A DNA stretch of 18,042 nucleotides, from contig JADGIF010000135.1 in assembly GCA_018985225.1 (NCBI GenBank), forward strand, positions 1-18,042, in the 5' to 3' direction. The stretch is from Amoeboradix gromovi X-113 (taxonomy: Eukaryota > Fungi > Sanchytriomycota). Under the pieces are notes generated by a model that worked only from the letters and a program-made list of their open reading frames with translations, made no database searches and had not been told where the DNA came from. A program made the translations under genes and the position numbers. Positions 1 through 9,020 of this stretch are shown one piece after another. Within the stretch, counting starts at the first letter, position 1. The number at the start of each line of letters is the position of its first letter.

Positions 1-235
1 TGTAATAGTGATACTTTATTTGAAATAAAGATTGGATGAAAGAGTAAGAGAATAGCTGTACAGAATATTTGTTTTTGAAATTTCGATACAAAAAGTTATT
101 TATTTTCCTTTTATACTCGTCAACTCCGCAGCTAGCTGAATGTCCACTCGCCTCTTAAATCCATAAATTAATAAAGCTGAAATAATGATTCAAACTTTAT
201 CAGAAAGTTAGTCCAGTTTTCATATTTGATGTCCC
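1..235 (-). mobile_element. Partial second copy of the TIR element at 8958-9416 (one end visible, runs off the window start)
   Basis: About 5-235 aligns co-linearly with about 9240-9416 (e.g. ttatttgaaataaagattggatgaaagagtaaga; ttttccttttatactcgtcaactccgca; gctgaatgtccactcgcctcttaaat). It ends in the TIR gttagtccagttttcatatttgatgtccc (207-235) followed by tttt, and has 31-nt and 23-nt segments that the other copy lacks. Confidence 0.9.
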
Positions 236-251
236 TTTTGTTTTAGTCCTG

Positions 252-1451
252 ATGAGTTTCTTTAATAAACCCACTACCTCTGGCTTTGGAACGCAGCAGA
301 GTACTGGAGGATTTGGGACACAGCCACAGGCTACTAATGCCGGATTTGGACAGCAACAACAACCTCTGCAAACAGGAGGATTCGGACAGCAGCAACAACA
401 GCAAGGCACTGGGTTCGGTTTCGGGCAGCAGCGTCCAACAACTAGTGGTTTTGGAACGCAGCAGAACAATGGAGGATTTGGACAGACAACTGGAGGATTT
501 GGACAGACAACTGGAGGATTTGGACAAACAACTGGAGGATTTGGACAGACAACTGGAGGATTTGGGACGCAGCCACAAGCTACGAATACCGGATTTGGAT
601 TTGCAAATACTGGACAAACCGGAGCTTTTGGTAATCAGAATAAACCTGGATTCACAACTAATCACCAACAAAGTGGATTTGGTTTGAACCAACCTCAGCA
701 ACAGAGTGGGTTTTCCTTTGGACAGCCTCAACAGAATCAGTTCATGCCACAGCAACAGGCGCCTGTCAACCCGCCCATTGTTGATGAACTTTTCAATGTT
801 TATGCTTGTTTTATGGATCCTTCTAAATCCGTATTTTTGCATCCTTTTTACAATCTCGTACATCCAAACGATAAAAATGCGTATGGAAAACCACCCCAAG
901 TCAATGATTTGCTATACCAGCAAGCTCAGCAGGCTGCGCCAGATGAGAATTTTGTTGTTGCTTTTGCTTTGGGTCCAAAGGATGTTCAAAATAGATTGAA
1001 GATTCAGGATCAAAACTTCTTGGATCTAGAAGACTCAGTAGCAAATATAGAAAATGAGGTATCATCTGTATCTAAACATATCGATGGTTATTCGAGTAGA
1101 ATTGAAAATTTGAAGAAAAAGCACTTAAGTTTAATTGAAAAGACTACTCAGGTAATTGTCTTAATAACTTAGATGTACATAAAACTTGCTGTTCATCAAA
1201 GGAGCTCTCTTACTCAACAAGAACTAGAGCTGTACGAGAAATTTAAAGAACTGCATGACAAATCACAAAAGTTGAAAATTAAGAAGAAAGAAAAGGAAGA
1301 ACAAGTGTATGATATTGATGAAGAAGCTATACCTGTATTTTATGACGCTTTATCTGAAATGAGCGATAGAATTCGTAAATTATCGTCGAAGATTCAGACT
1401 GATGTCAAACGGGCAATCGAAATGAACGAGCTTTTATCCACAATAAGATGA
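252..1451 (+). CDS. NUP57: FG-nucleoporin, Nup57/Nup54 family; exons 252-1151 and 1173-1451, 392 aa
   Basis: N-terminal Q-rich GFG/GGFG repeats, then Nup54-domain-like FYN...YGKPP...QQA...PD...G.KDV..RLKIQ and coiled coils. The two track ORFs join in frame across a 21-nt GT-AG intron. Confidence 0.8.
471..565 (+). repeat. Coding tandem repeat, 21-bp unit ggaggatttggacagacaact x ~4.5 (GGFGQTT)
   Basis: Units at 471, 492, 513, 534 and a partial unit at 555. Only one synonymous difference (cag/caa) among the four full units. Confidence 0.95.
1152..1172 (+). other. 21-nt spliceosomal intron (gtaattgtcttaataacttag)
   Basis: CAG|GTAATT...TAACTTAG|ATG, phase 0. The acceptor TAG is the in-frame stop of the upstream ORF, and removal fuses both ORFs. 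Confidence 0.8.
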
Positions 1452-1515
1452 AAATAATAAACCTCTATGGGAATACTTCATTTGCACCGAATGAAATTAC
1501 GTATATTTATTATAA

Positions 1516-2457
1516 CTAAAGATACGCAAGTCTTTTCAAGGTATCATAACCGGTCATCTTCTCGATTTTGGAAAGTCTTTCGAACTGAAATGGCATGTTC
1601 GGTGGAGGTTGAAAACTGAAGTCAGATATTGCCATTGGGTCTTCCAAAGGAAGTGAGGCGTTGGATTTCTTACGAGGGACAGGTGGTGGTGCATTTCTTT
1701 TCGGGGGAGGTGGTGGTGGCTTTCTTTTGTTTTTAGTTTCAAGGCTTTCAGAAGATTTGGATGGCATTAGGTTCTCAGAGGAGGATGGTGGTGTAAGCGA
1801 TTTTTTACGATTCAAGACTTCTTCAGAGTGATGGGGACTTTTAAAAGGTACTAGCGGAGGAGGTTTGCCTACTATAGACACCCCACTAGTAAGAGGCAGT
1901 GATGGCGGACGAGCACTTGGAGGGCGCTGATTAGGGATCATTGGGGGACTGGACACAGGGAGTGGAGGACGAGCAGCAGTTGTTGTAGGTCTATTAGGCT
2001 CTGGAGCCGAGATATGTGGAGCAGATAAATTTGGTGGCCTCATAGGTCTTGGAGGAGTTGGTCTAAGCGAAGGAGGCGCGCTGCTCATGCTAGGCAATAC
2101 TGGTTTCGGTGCTTGTAAAGCAGCACTTGGAGTTGGATTAGCAGCGAATTTAGGTGCACTTCCAGTTGCATTAGACTTCATAGCCAATCGGGCAGCTAAC
2201 TCATCGGCCATATTTGTGGGCGGTGCCATCCCGATAGCAGAAGGCTTCGAAGAACCCAACGATGACTGTATGTTATTTGAACTTTTTGGAGCTTCAATAA
2301 TTGGAGCTGACTTGTCTACAGTCTCAACTTTTCTTAATTTTACATTATTGCCTTTTTGAATTGCTTTTAACAGATCCTTCTTGTCCCCAGTCATTGGAGG
2401 AATAGATGCAGAAGCTACGGGCGGTGGCGGTGGTCCAGGTGGGGGAGGTCCTGCCAT
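1516..2457 (-). CDS. VRP1: Verprolin / WASP-interacting protein (WIP) family
   Basis: N-terminal polyproline, then WH2 motif DLLKAIQKG..VKLRKVETVDKSAPII typical of verprolin/WIP. The remainder is Pro/Ser-rich. Confidence 0.85.
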   Translation of the reverse strand: MAGPPPPGPPPPPVASASIPPMTGDKKDLLKAIQKGNNVKLRKVETVDKSAPIIEAPKSSNNIQSSLGSSKPSAIGMAPPTNMADELAARLAMKSNATGSAPKFAANPTPSAALQAPKPVLPSMSSAPPSLRPTPPRPMRPPNLSAPHISAPEPNRPTTTAARPPLPVSSPPMIPNQRPPSARPPSLPLTSGVSIVGKPPPLVPFKSPHHSEEVLNRKKSLTPPSSSENLMPSKSSESLETKNKRKPPPPPPKRNAPPPVPRKKSNASLPLEDPMAISDFSFQPPPNMPFQFERLSKIEKMTGYDTLKRLAYL

Positions 2458-2636
2458 TTATAAACTATTGAAGAAAACTAAAAGTTTCGTGTTGAACTCC
2501 AATTTTTAAAATTAAGAAATTTACTCTTCAATTCTAGTATCTCTAAAACATAGGCTTTAGGCGTATTTTTGATAATAACCAGCCAAGGTCATTAGTCCTG
2601 GGTCTATTAAACTTGAATTTATTTGAAACAATTGCC

Positions 2637-5600
2637 ATGGAAATTTTTACAAATTTTATGAAAAAATCGAGTTCAAAAGAAAGCCCCACACCACTCAATA
2701 CTGATTTATATTCAGACGAACAATTAAATAATTTACTAAATGAATTGGTGTTATCTCAAAGTCTTCCAGAAACTACTCTCGATAAGTTGAAGGATCTACC
2801 GAGAGAATCCAAATTAACTTTACTGACAAAACATCTTGCGGATAGGGACTCAATTATGGACACCCCCGATCAGTATATCCAAGCAGTTTTACGTAAACCA
2901 ATGAAAGAAATAGGCAAATTAAGAATGGCTCTGAACACTAAACCAGTCTCATTTGTTATTGAGTTTGCCAGTAAAAATGGCTTAGATGTGATCAAGGATT
3001 TGCTTTATGACGCTGTTCCATTCTTCATATTAGAATCTGATTTTCATGAAAAGCAACTGGACGATCATCCGTTTTTGTTCTATAAAACAAAAAAGTCTAG
3101 AGAACAATGTGAGAAACTATCTTACGAGGCAGCCCAATGTGTAAAGCCGCTCATTAAGCTGTCTGAAATATTGAAAACGATTGCGACAGATGATGTCTTG
3201 TTGACTCTACTCTGTATTTACACTACTTTTGGCAGCTATTTGACTCGTAAGATTGCTTGCGAAACGCTTACAGTCGTTCTGTATTATGATTCTAATTTGG
3301 TAGGAAAAGTTATGCAGTGTTTTACCAATTCAATTGAAATCAAGGATAGTATAATTCGGCAACATTACAGACATCCGCTAGAGAACCAGACTAATCTTTA
3401 TCAAATTGTACAAGATAAAAAAATGCTAGAAAATCCTTTCAATGATTGGATCGATTCTTTCGACAATGTACTGCTTGGCAGAGGTATTCTAGGATCCAAA
3501 GTACATAGCAATCTGATAGATAACATGACTGAGGACCAACTGAATGATTTTGCATTAAGCAATTGGATATTAATAAACGGTTTTTTACGTGTTCCTACTT
3601 CCATACCTTTGCGCATTCATATCCGCAATTTGATGCTGGCAGCGAACTTAAAAAAGATCCTTGATGCTTGTGTGCGTATGAATAACGAGTTAATCGGTTG
3701 GCAATTAAAGCAATATCGCGAAGATGAAAAGCTAGATTTAAAATGGTTTAACGATGTAAACCAGCTGAAAATGCAAGACTTTCAAGATCCTTCAGAATGT
3801 CTTGATTATTTACTAAGAAAGACTCAGCACTACCCGTCTGCATATTTTTATTTGACTAAACTAATGCAATTGTTAACATTAATCAGAGATGATCCTGAAC
3901 AGCAATTCGATGTTCATGTTCAGTATCTCAAATTGATATCAAATTTGGTCGAGAAGATCGTTCTTGATAATCAAGGTATTGACCCTAGTTTTACTAATTT
4001 ATACGGTGTGTCTGTATCTTCTATAATTGAAGGACTAGCGAACCAAGAACAGGTGGAACAGCTAAAGAACGCAGTTAAGGATTCCGATATAAAGTTGAAC
4101 TTGTTGAGAAAAGAAAAAGCAAAAGTAATCCTACAAACAGTCGATGATGGCAATACTAAGGTTGTGCACTCTCAGCAGATAGATCATCTGACCGACTTGC
4201 TAAATATATCGCAAAGTAATACAGATGCGTTACAAGACCAAATCAAGGAATTGGATGAGAAGTATAGAAATGTACTAAAAAATCACGATATGCATTTAGA
4301 AAAGCTACTAAAGGCATTAAAAGAATCGAATGATCTGAGTCAGCTTGACCAAATGAAAGAAATGCTGAGTAATGATTTTGCGACAAATTTTCCAACAGTT
4401 GCAAGCTCTTCGAATCCGTCCCAGATTGATTCTTTAAAAGGTGAGAACGCAAGGCTTCGGGATCAATTGAAGATATTGAGGCACAGGCAAACTGCTATCG
4501 CTGCCCCATTTGGGCAGCAAGATACAAGACCAGCTACTCCTCCAAATCAAGGAAAATCAGAATTTAAAAAAATACTTGAAAAACAAGCAAAAAAGAGCAA
4601 TAAAAATTTAGAATCGAAATCAGAATCGGTGGGAATTCCTCCACCTCCACCTCCACCACAGTTATCAGGATCAGCGTTTGTCAAGAAATATGAGCCAAAA
4701 ACGCAGTTAAAGCAACTTAATTGGGAGAAAATGCCTGAGCATGCTACCAGAGACACTATATTTGGGAACCTGAACTTCAATATCGAGGATGTGATGCAGA
4801 ATACCAACGTGTTCGGAGAGATGGAAGAAATGTTTGGCAATCAAGTTAAGACTTCATCAAGAGCAGATAGCGAGCTGAATTTGAATGATAATGAAAATCA
4901 AGGTTCCTTGTTTGTGAGCCACTCTGCACCATCTATAGATTTAAAACATGGCGCGGAGATCAGTGTTCTGGATGCTAAAAAGGCATATAATGTGAACATA
5001 ATGCTGCAGAGAATTAAACATATAACACCATTTGAGATAAAGCAGGCCGTGATAGAGATAAATAAAGACATACTGACGCCCCTGTTAATTCAGCAATTGA
5101 ATAAATTCATGCCGACTTCCAAGGAAATTGGCAAATTGCAAGCATACAAGCATAATAGAGCTAATTTGAGTAAGGTGGACAACTTCTTTGTGGAGTTATT
5201 CGAGATAAATAGACTCTCAAAGCGATTGGAGATTATTGAATTCATGTACTCATATGATGAAAGGCATCAAGACATTGAGAGGTTTATCTTTACACTAAAC
5301 AAAGGGTGTTTGGAGTTGAAAAATTCCAAGAGCTTCTCAAAAGTTTTGGAAATGGTCTTAGCTTTGGGCAACTTCATGAATTCTGGACACAGAGGTGGGG
5401 CTTATGGGTTCAAGATTACCAGTATCAATAAACTATCAGATACGAAATCATACGACAACTCTACCACACTATTACATTTTTTAGCAAAGATAACAAAAAA
5501 TAAGTTTCCCGATGCTTTGAACTTTGTCAATGAGTTTAATGGGATAAATGATGCCTCTAAAATAGATATAACATATGCCAAACAAGAATTGAGAGTACTG

Positions 5601-6054
5601 GGCAAAGGCTTAAACGACTTGCATGATGAGTTCGATTTGTTAGAGATCGAGAATTTGGATGTGTTCAAAGCAAAACTAACAAAGTTCCACAAGGTTAATG
5701 TGGAGAGAAACAACAAGTTGAAATTGGCTTTCGGCGAGGTAGAAAAGCTGTTCAATTCCACTTGTAAACTGTATGGAGAGAATCCTAGCAAGATGTCATG
5801 TGAGGAGTTTTTTGGAATATTTAGTACGTTTAAAACATCATTTGAGGTATTCGATATTAATTTAGAAAGCTTTGCAAGATATAAATGATAACACTACGAA
5901 GGAAGCTCCTAAAGTACATTTAAGGAAGACCACTCGTGAGTCAAGGGCGCCTTTGCCAATATCACAGCAAGAAGTAAACGAAGTGGACTCGCTTTTGGAC
6001 TCTCTAAAACAAGGACATTTAATATTGAAGAAAGAAATGGGAAACCCGCTGTAA
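2637..6054 (+). CDS. Diaphanous-related formin (GBD/FH3, short FH1, FH2, DAD); exons 2637-5846 and 5866-6054, about 1132 aa
   Basis: FH2 motifs LKQLNWEK, VLDAKKAYNVNIML, LALGNFMN..HRGGAYGFKI, TLLHFL. FH1 is GIPPPPPPP. Removing a 19-nt intron gives FKTSFE-KALQD and the DAD-like VDSLLDSLKQG. Start is uncertain (ATG 2637 or 2658; the track's 2613 is TTG). Confidence 0.92.
5847..5865 (+). other. 19-nt spliceosomal intron (gtattcgatattaatttag)
   Basis: GAG|GTATTC...TTAATTTAG|AAA. Removal puts ORF 5872-6054 (DAD-like motif) in frame with the end of FH2. Confidence 0.88.
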
Positions 6055-6569
6055 AACTGAGTAAACAATTTTCAATCACGTCCTATGTAGCATCATATCC
6101 ATTTATCGCCCGTACTTTTTGCAACACAGGTCTCTACAATCATACTCTCTTTTCTTGGATTTTCTGGTGTTATTGATTATTTAGAGTTGCATCAAGTTCA
6201 TTTATAGCCTCTACACTAGTTTGGCCAGTATTTTCGCCATCCGCTTCCAACAGTCCCTCAACATACTTTTCATAGAGCAAGTCTCTAATGTCAAAATCTC
6301 ACCAAAAAGAGGCCCAAAAATAGTGTACAAGACCTAAAAGAAGATTAAGGTTCAAAATAATCAATAAAGCCAGCACACTCAAGATGTGAGCGGTATATTA
6401 GCTTAGTTGCAAAAGTTTAAGCTTGAAAATACGAAATATGTTGATAGAGAACGACAATATTAATTTACTTTAGTAATGGCAGATACACGCACAAAGAAAG
6501 GGTCATTACAGGATCCAATGCTGGAAGCTGGTTGCGCAATGTCTATATGAGTAATTGCGTAGGGCGATT

Positions 6570-8924
6570 TTAGTTTACGTTCTCATTGAGCCATTGCATC
6601 GTCAACCCGTACCATTTTTTGGTTATATTTATACTTTTGTATACATTTGCCACATCGCCATCTACTTTGCAGCCTGGTCCCCTTGTATCATTCATTAAAA
6701 CATCTGATTGATGCACTATGCTCAGTTGTTTCAAGACATCCAGTGCTAGGTAATCATCGAATAGCAGCATGTAGCTTAAGACTCCTGAATCCTGATTCAG
6801 TTTGAATGATATCGATCCAATCTGAATCAGTTCTTCAATTGAAACTTGCTTAAAATAAACTATTTCAGTATTATTGAAGCACATGAAGGTAACCATGAAT
6901 GTTTTTTTGGAGAGCAGATCATTGACTTGGATGCTCTGTTTGTTTGTACATTCAATAATGAAATTAGCGTTATTATTTACACAGGTGGCAGTTGTAGTGA
7001 ATCGCGGCCAGGATTCCAAAGTATCTACAATATCGCATGCAGGAGTTTCACTATTAATAGATTGTCCCTGACACGAACTACGGGATCTCCACTGCTTGGC
7101 ATTCTCCATTTCGTGGCACTGAACAATTTGATAAATTTCATTGCAATTTTGTAAATTTGTATATCTTAACAATGAATACGAATTGTAAAAAGCATTAGGG
7201 TGATTTTTGTTTATTGAAGCCCTCATTACAAATTGCAGTATAGACTTGGCCTTCACACTAACCTTTCTGGACTCATTTACAAAGTGAATCGAGTTTAACT
7301 GCCGTGTCCATGTCCCCAGTAGTAACAGCATCACTTTCTCATGTACATCTTTAATTGGCGATTTTGGCTTGTTTCCACTAAACCATTCCTGTATACAACC
7401 CTGCTGTTTGATATTGTACAATTGCGCCTTATCACCATCACTGAAAGTGATATCGTATTTGCATTTAGATATTATCACAAGCATCTCAAATAAGGAGGTT
7501 TTGTTGTTTATTTGTTCAAGCAATCTCAAATCACTGATTGTCAGTCCATTTAGTACAAAACATTGCCCTAGTGATGTGGGTTTGAAACCAGTTACTAGCT
7601 CATGCTCTTCAAGGCTTTTCATCGCATTACTTACCAAAGAGCTGATAAATTCGTGAGCGCATTCACACTTTTGCATATCGTTGTTTAATCTACTAAACAG
7701 AAATGACTGCTTTAGCCATTTTATCACACTGTTGATAGTCTCAATCTTACCACGATCTATCAAATGTAGTAGGTGTTCGTTGAAATTCTGATGCAACGTG
7801 GATTCAAGCATTTGTTTAACGTTTGTACCTTCAGTGTTTACAATTTCATTTATTCCCAACCAAATGGCAAATTCTTTGATATTACTGAAGTTAGCGCCAA
7901 AAATGACTATTCTAGTGTTTATCGAGGATTTAACATTAACAAGCAACACTTCCAGTTCGTGGCTCAAACAAGCTCCTATATGATCTACAATTAGTAGTGA
8001 TATTTCTACCCTTTGCTTAGTCATTAATAAGCTCAGTTGGTTAGGTGTGCACACTACAACACTAGCACTAATCTCATGTGTGTTCATCACAGTACAATTT
8101 ATGCCTATTTGTCTAAATTTATTAGACCAATGCTGCTGCATTTTTAAGCAGGTGCGTAAATTGCTTTGCAGGCAAAATATCTGACTATCAGGGTATTTGA
8201 TAATAGAGCCGACAATAGCTACCTCCATTAATATTGTGTCCGACTCATCCTGTATTAGGATGTTATTGCCTCTTAGCAAAAATGGAATTACTCTGGATTG
8301 CGAATAAGAAAAAGAGGCGAAATCAAATAGCCTGTTAAATGGAACTGGTATTATGCTAGTACTAATATTACAAGCATGTTTTCCAGCCAACATGAAAGAA
8401 TTGACTTGTTTTCCTTTTTCATCTTCATTTAGTCTCTTAGACAGTTTGCTGTTACGTTTTTGTACTCGGGAATTTTTTGTTTTGGGTTTAGTACACGGCC
8501 TAGATTGCAGATCAGTTATATTATAGGACAATGGACTACTCAAGCTGCTGTACAAAGGTGATCTATTTCCTCCACCATTTTGGTGTCCAGGCACTATAGG
8601 ACTGTTAATTGACAATGTTGATGCTGAGCCTTTCCTATATTCTTGTAACTGTGGCGATATGACATTGCTTAAACTGTTCTCTCTTAGGTGTAGTGGTTGC
8701 TCGCTATCTTTCTTTGTATTTACCTCTCTCCATACTTGCGGTTCTTTACCTTCTCTAGCGTTACCTTGCATTACTTCTGGATCTTGTACTGGAGAATCTG
8801 GCATGAAAACCGGTGGAGAAGAATTTCTAATCAATTCAATCTCTTTAGGTTTCTTTTTAGGTGCCTTGTTTTCATTATTCACAGACTGTATAAACAGATT
8901 TGCAAACATAGATTCGTGTTTCAT
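6570..8924 (-). CDS. Mer3/HFM1-like Ski2-family helicase derivative, predicted catalytically dead
   Basis: Co-linear Mer3/Brr2-type motifs: FSYSQS (Q motif), WSNKF..IGI, VVCTP, RIVIFGANFSNIKEFAIWLG, LESTLHQNFNEHL, KWLKQSFLFSRL, PTSLG, Sec63-like region. Walker A and DExH are degenerate and no RecA2 is apparent. Confidence 0.7.
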   Translation of the reverse strand: MKHESMFANLFIQSVNNENKAPKKKPKEIELIRNSSPPVFMPDSPVQDPEVMQGNAREGKEPQVWREVNTKKDSEQPLHLRENSLSNVISPQLQEYRKGSASTLSINSPIVPGHQNGGGNRSPLYSSLSSPLSYNITDLQSRPCTKPKTKNSRVQKRNSKLSKRLNEDEKGKQVNSFMLAGKHACNISTSIIPVPFNRLFDFASFSYSQSRVIPFLLRGNNILIQDESDTILMEVAIVGSIIKYPDSQIFCLQSNLRTCLKMQQHWSNKFRQIGINCTVMNTHEISASVVVCTPNQLSLLMTKQRVEISLLIVDHIGACLSHELEVLLVNVKSSINTRIVIFGANFSNIKEFAIWLGINEIVNTEGTNVKQMLESTLHQNFNEHLLHLIDRGKIETINSVIKWLKQSFLFSRLNNDMQKCECAHEFISSLVSNAMKSLEEHELVTGFKPTSLGQCFVLNGLTISDLRLLEQINNKTSLFEMLVIISKCKYDITFSDGDKAQLYNIKQQGCIQEWFSGNKPKSPIKDVHEKVMLLLLGTWTRQLNSIHFVNESRKVSVKAKSILQFVMRASINKNHPNAFYNSYSLLRYTNLQNCNEIYQIVQCHEMENAKQWRSRSSCQGQSINSETPACDIVDTLESWPRFTTTATCVNNNANFIIECTNKQSIQVNDLLSKKTFMVTFMCFNNTEIVYFKQVSIEELIQIGSISFKLNQDSGVLSYMLLFDDYLALDVLKQLSIVHQSDVLMNDTRGPGCKVDGDVANVYKSINITKKWYGLTMQWLNENVN

Positions 8925-8957
8925 GCAAATATCAAAAATATCAAGTTAAATCATTTT

Positions 8958-8986
8958 GGGACACCAAATATAAAAACTAGACTAAC
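8958..8986. repeat. Terminal inverted repeat (29 bp), left in window coordinates
   Basis: Its reverse complement gttagtctagtttttatatttggtgtccc matches 9388-9416 with 2 mismatches. Confidence 0.92.
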
Positions 8987-9020
8987 TCGTTTTTAAGGTG
9001 CTCCATACGGAGGAAGTGCT
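8958..9020 (-). ncRNA. Candidate omegaRNA scaffold 3' portion (5' boundary unknown)
   Basis: Minus-strand RNA reads CUCC-GUAU-GGAG, then CACC-U-UAAAAAC-G-AG-UUAGU-CU-A-GUUUUUA-UAUUU-GGUG-UCCC. These are two adjacent hairpins ending at the element boundary, overlapping the 3' end of the TnpB-like frame. Folded by eye. Confidence 0.4.

Noticed and set aside
471-565. Direct repeats as a possible CRISPR array
   Set aside because: Head-to-tail with no spacers, in-frame GGFGQTT coding, and in a eukaryotic gene.
200-999. Antisense and alternate-frame ORFs over the nucleoporin (Cys-rich 200-469, 243-899, 286-687, 706-999)
   Set aside because: Shadows of the FG/Q repeat coding sequence; their repeats are just the 21-bp unit read in other frames.
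6543-6578. 36-nt GT-AG segment on the minus strand that would bypass the Mer3-like stop
   Set aside because: It lacks the TAAYTTAG end, is longer than the supported introns, and adds only a short uninformative peptide.
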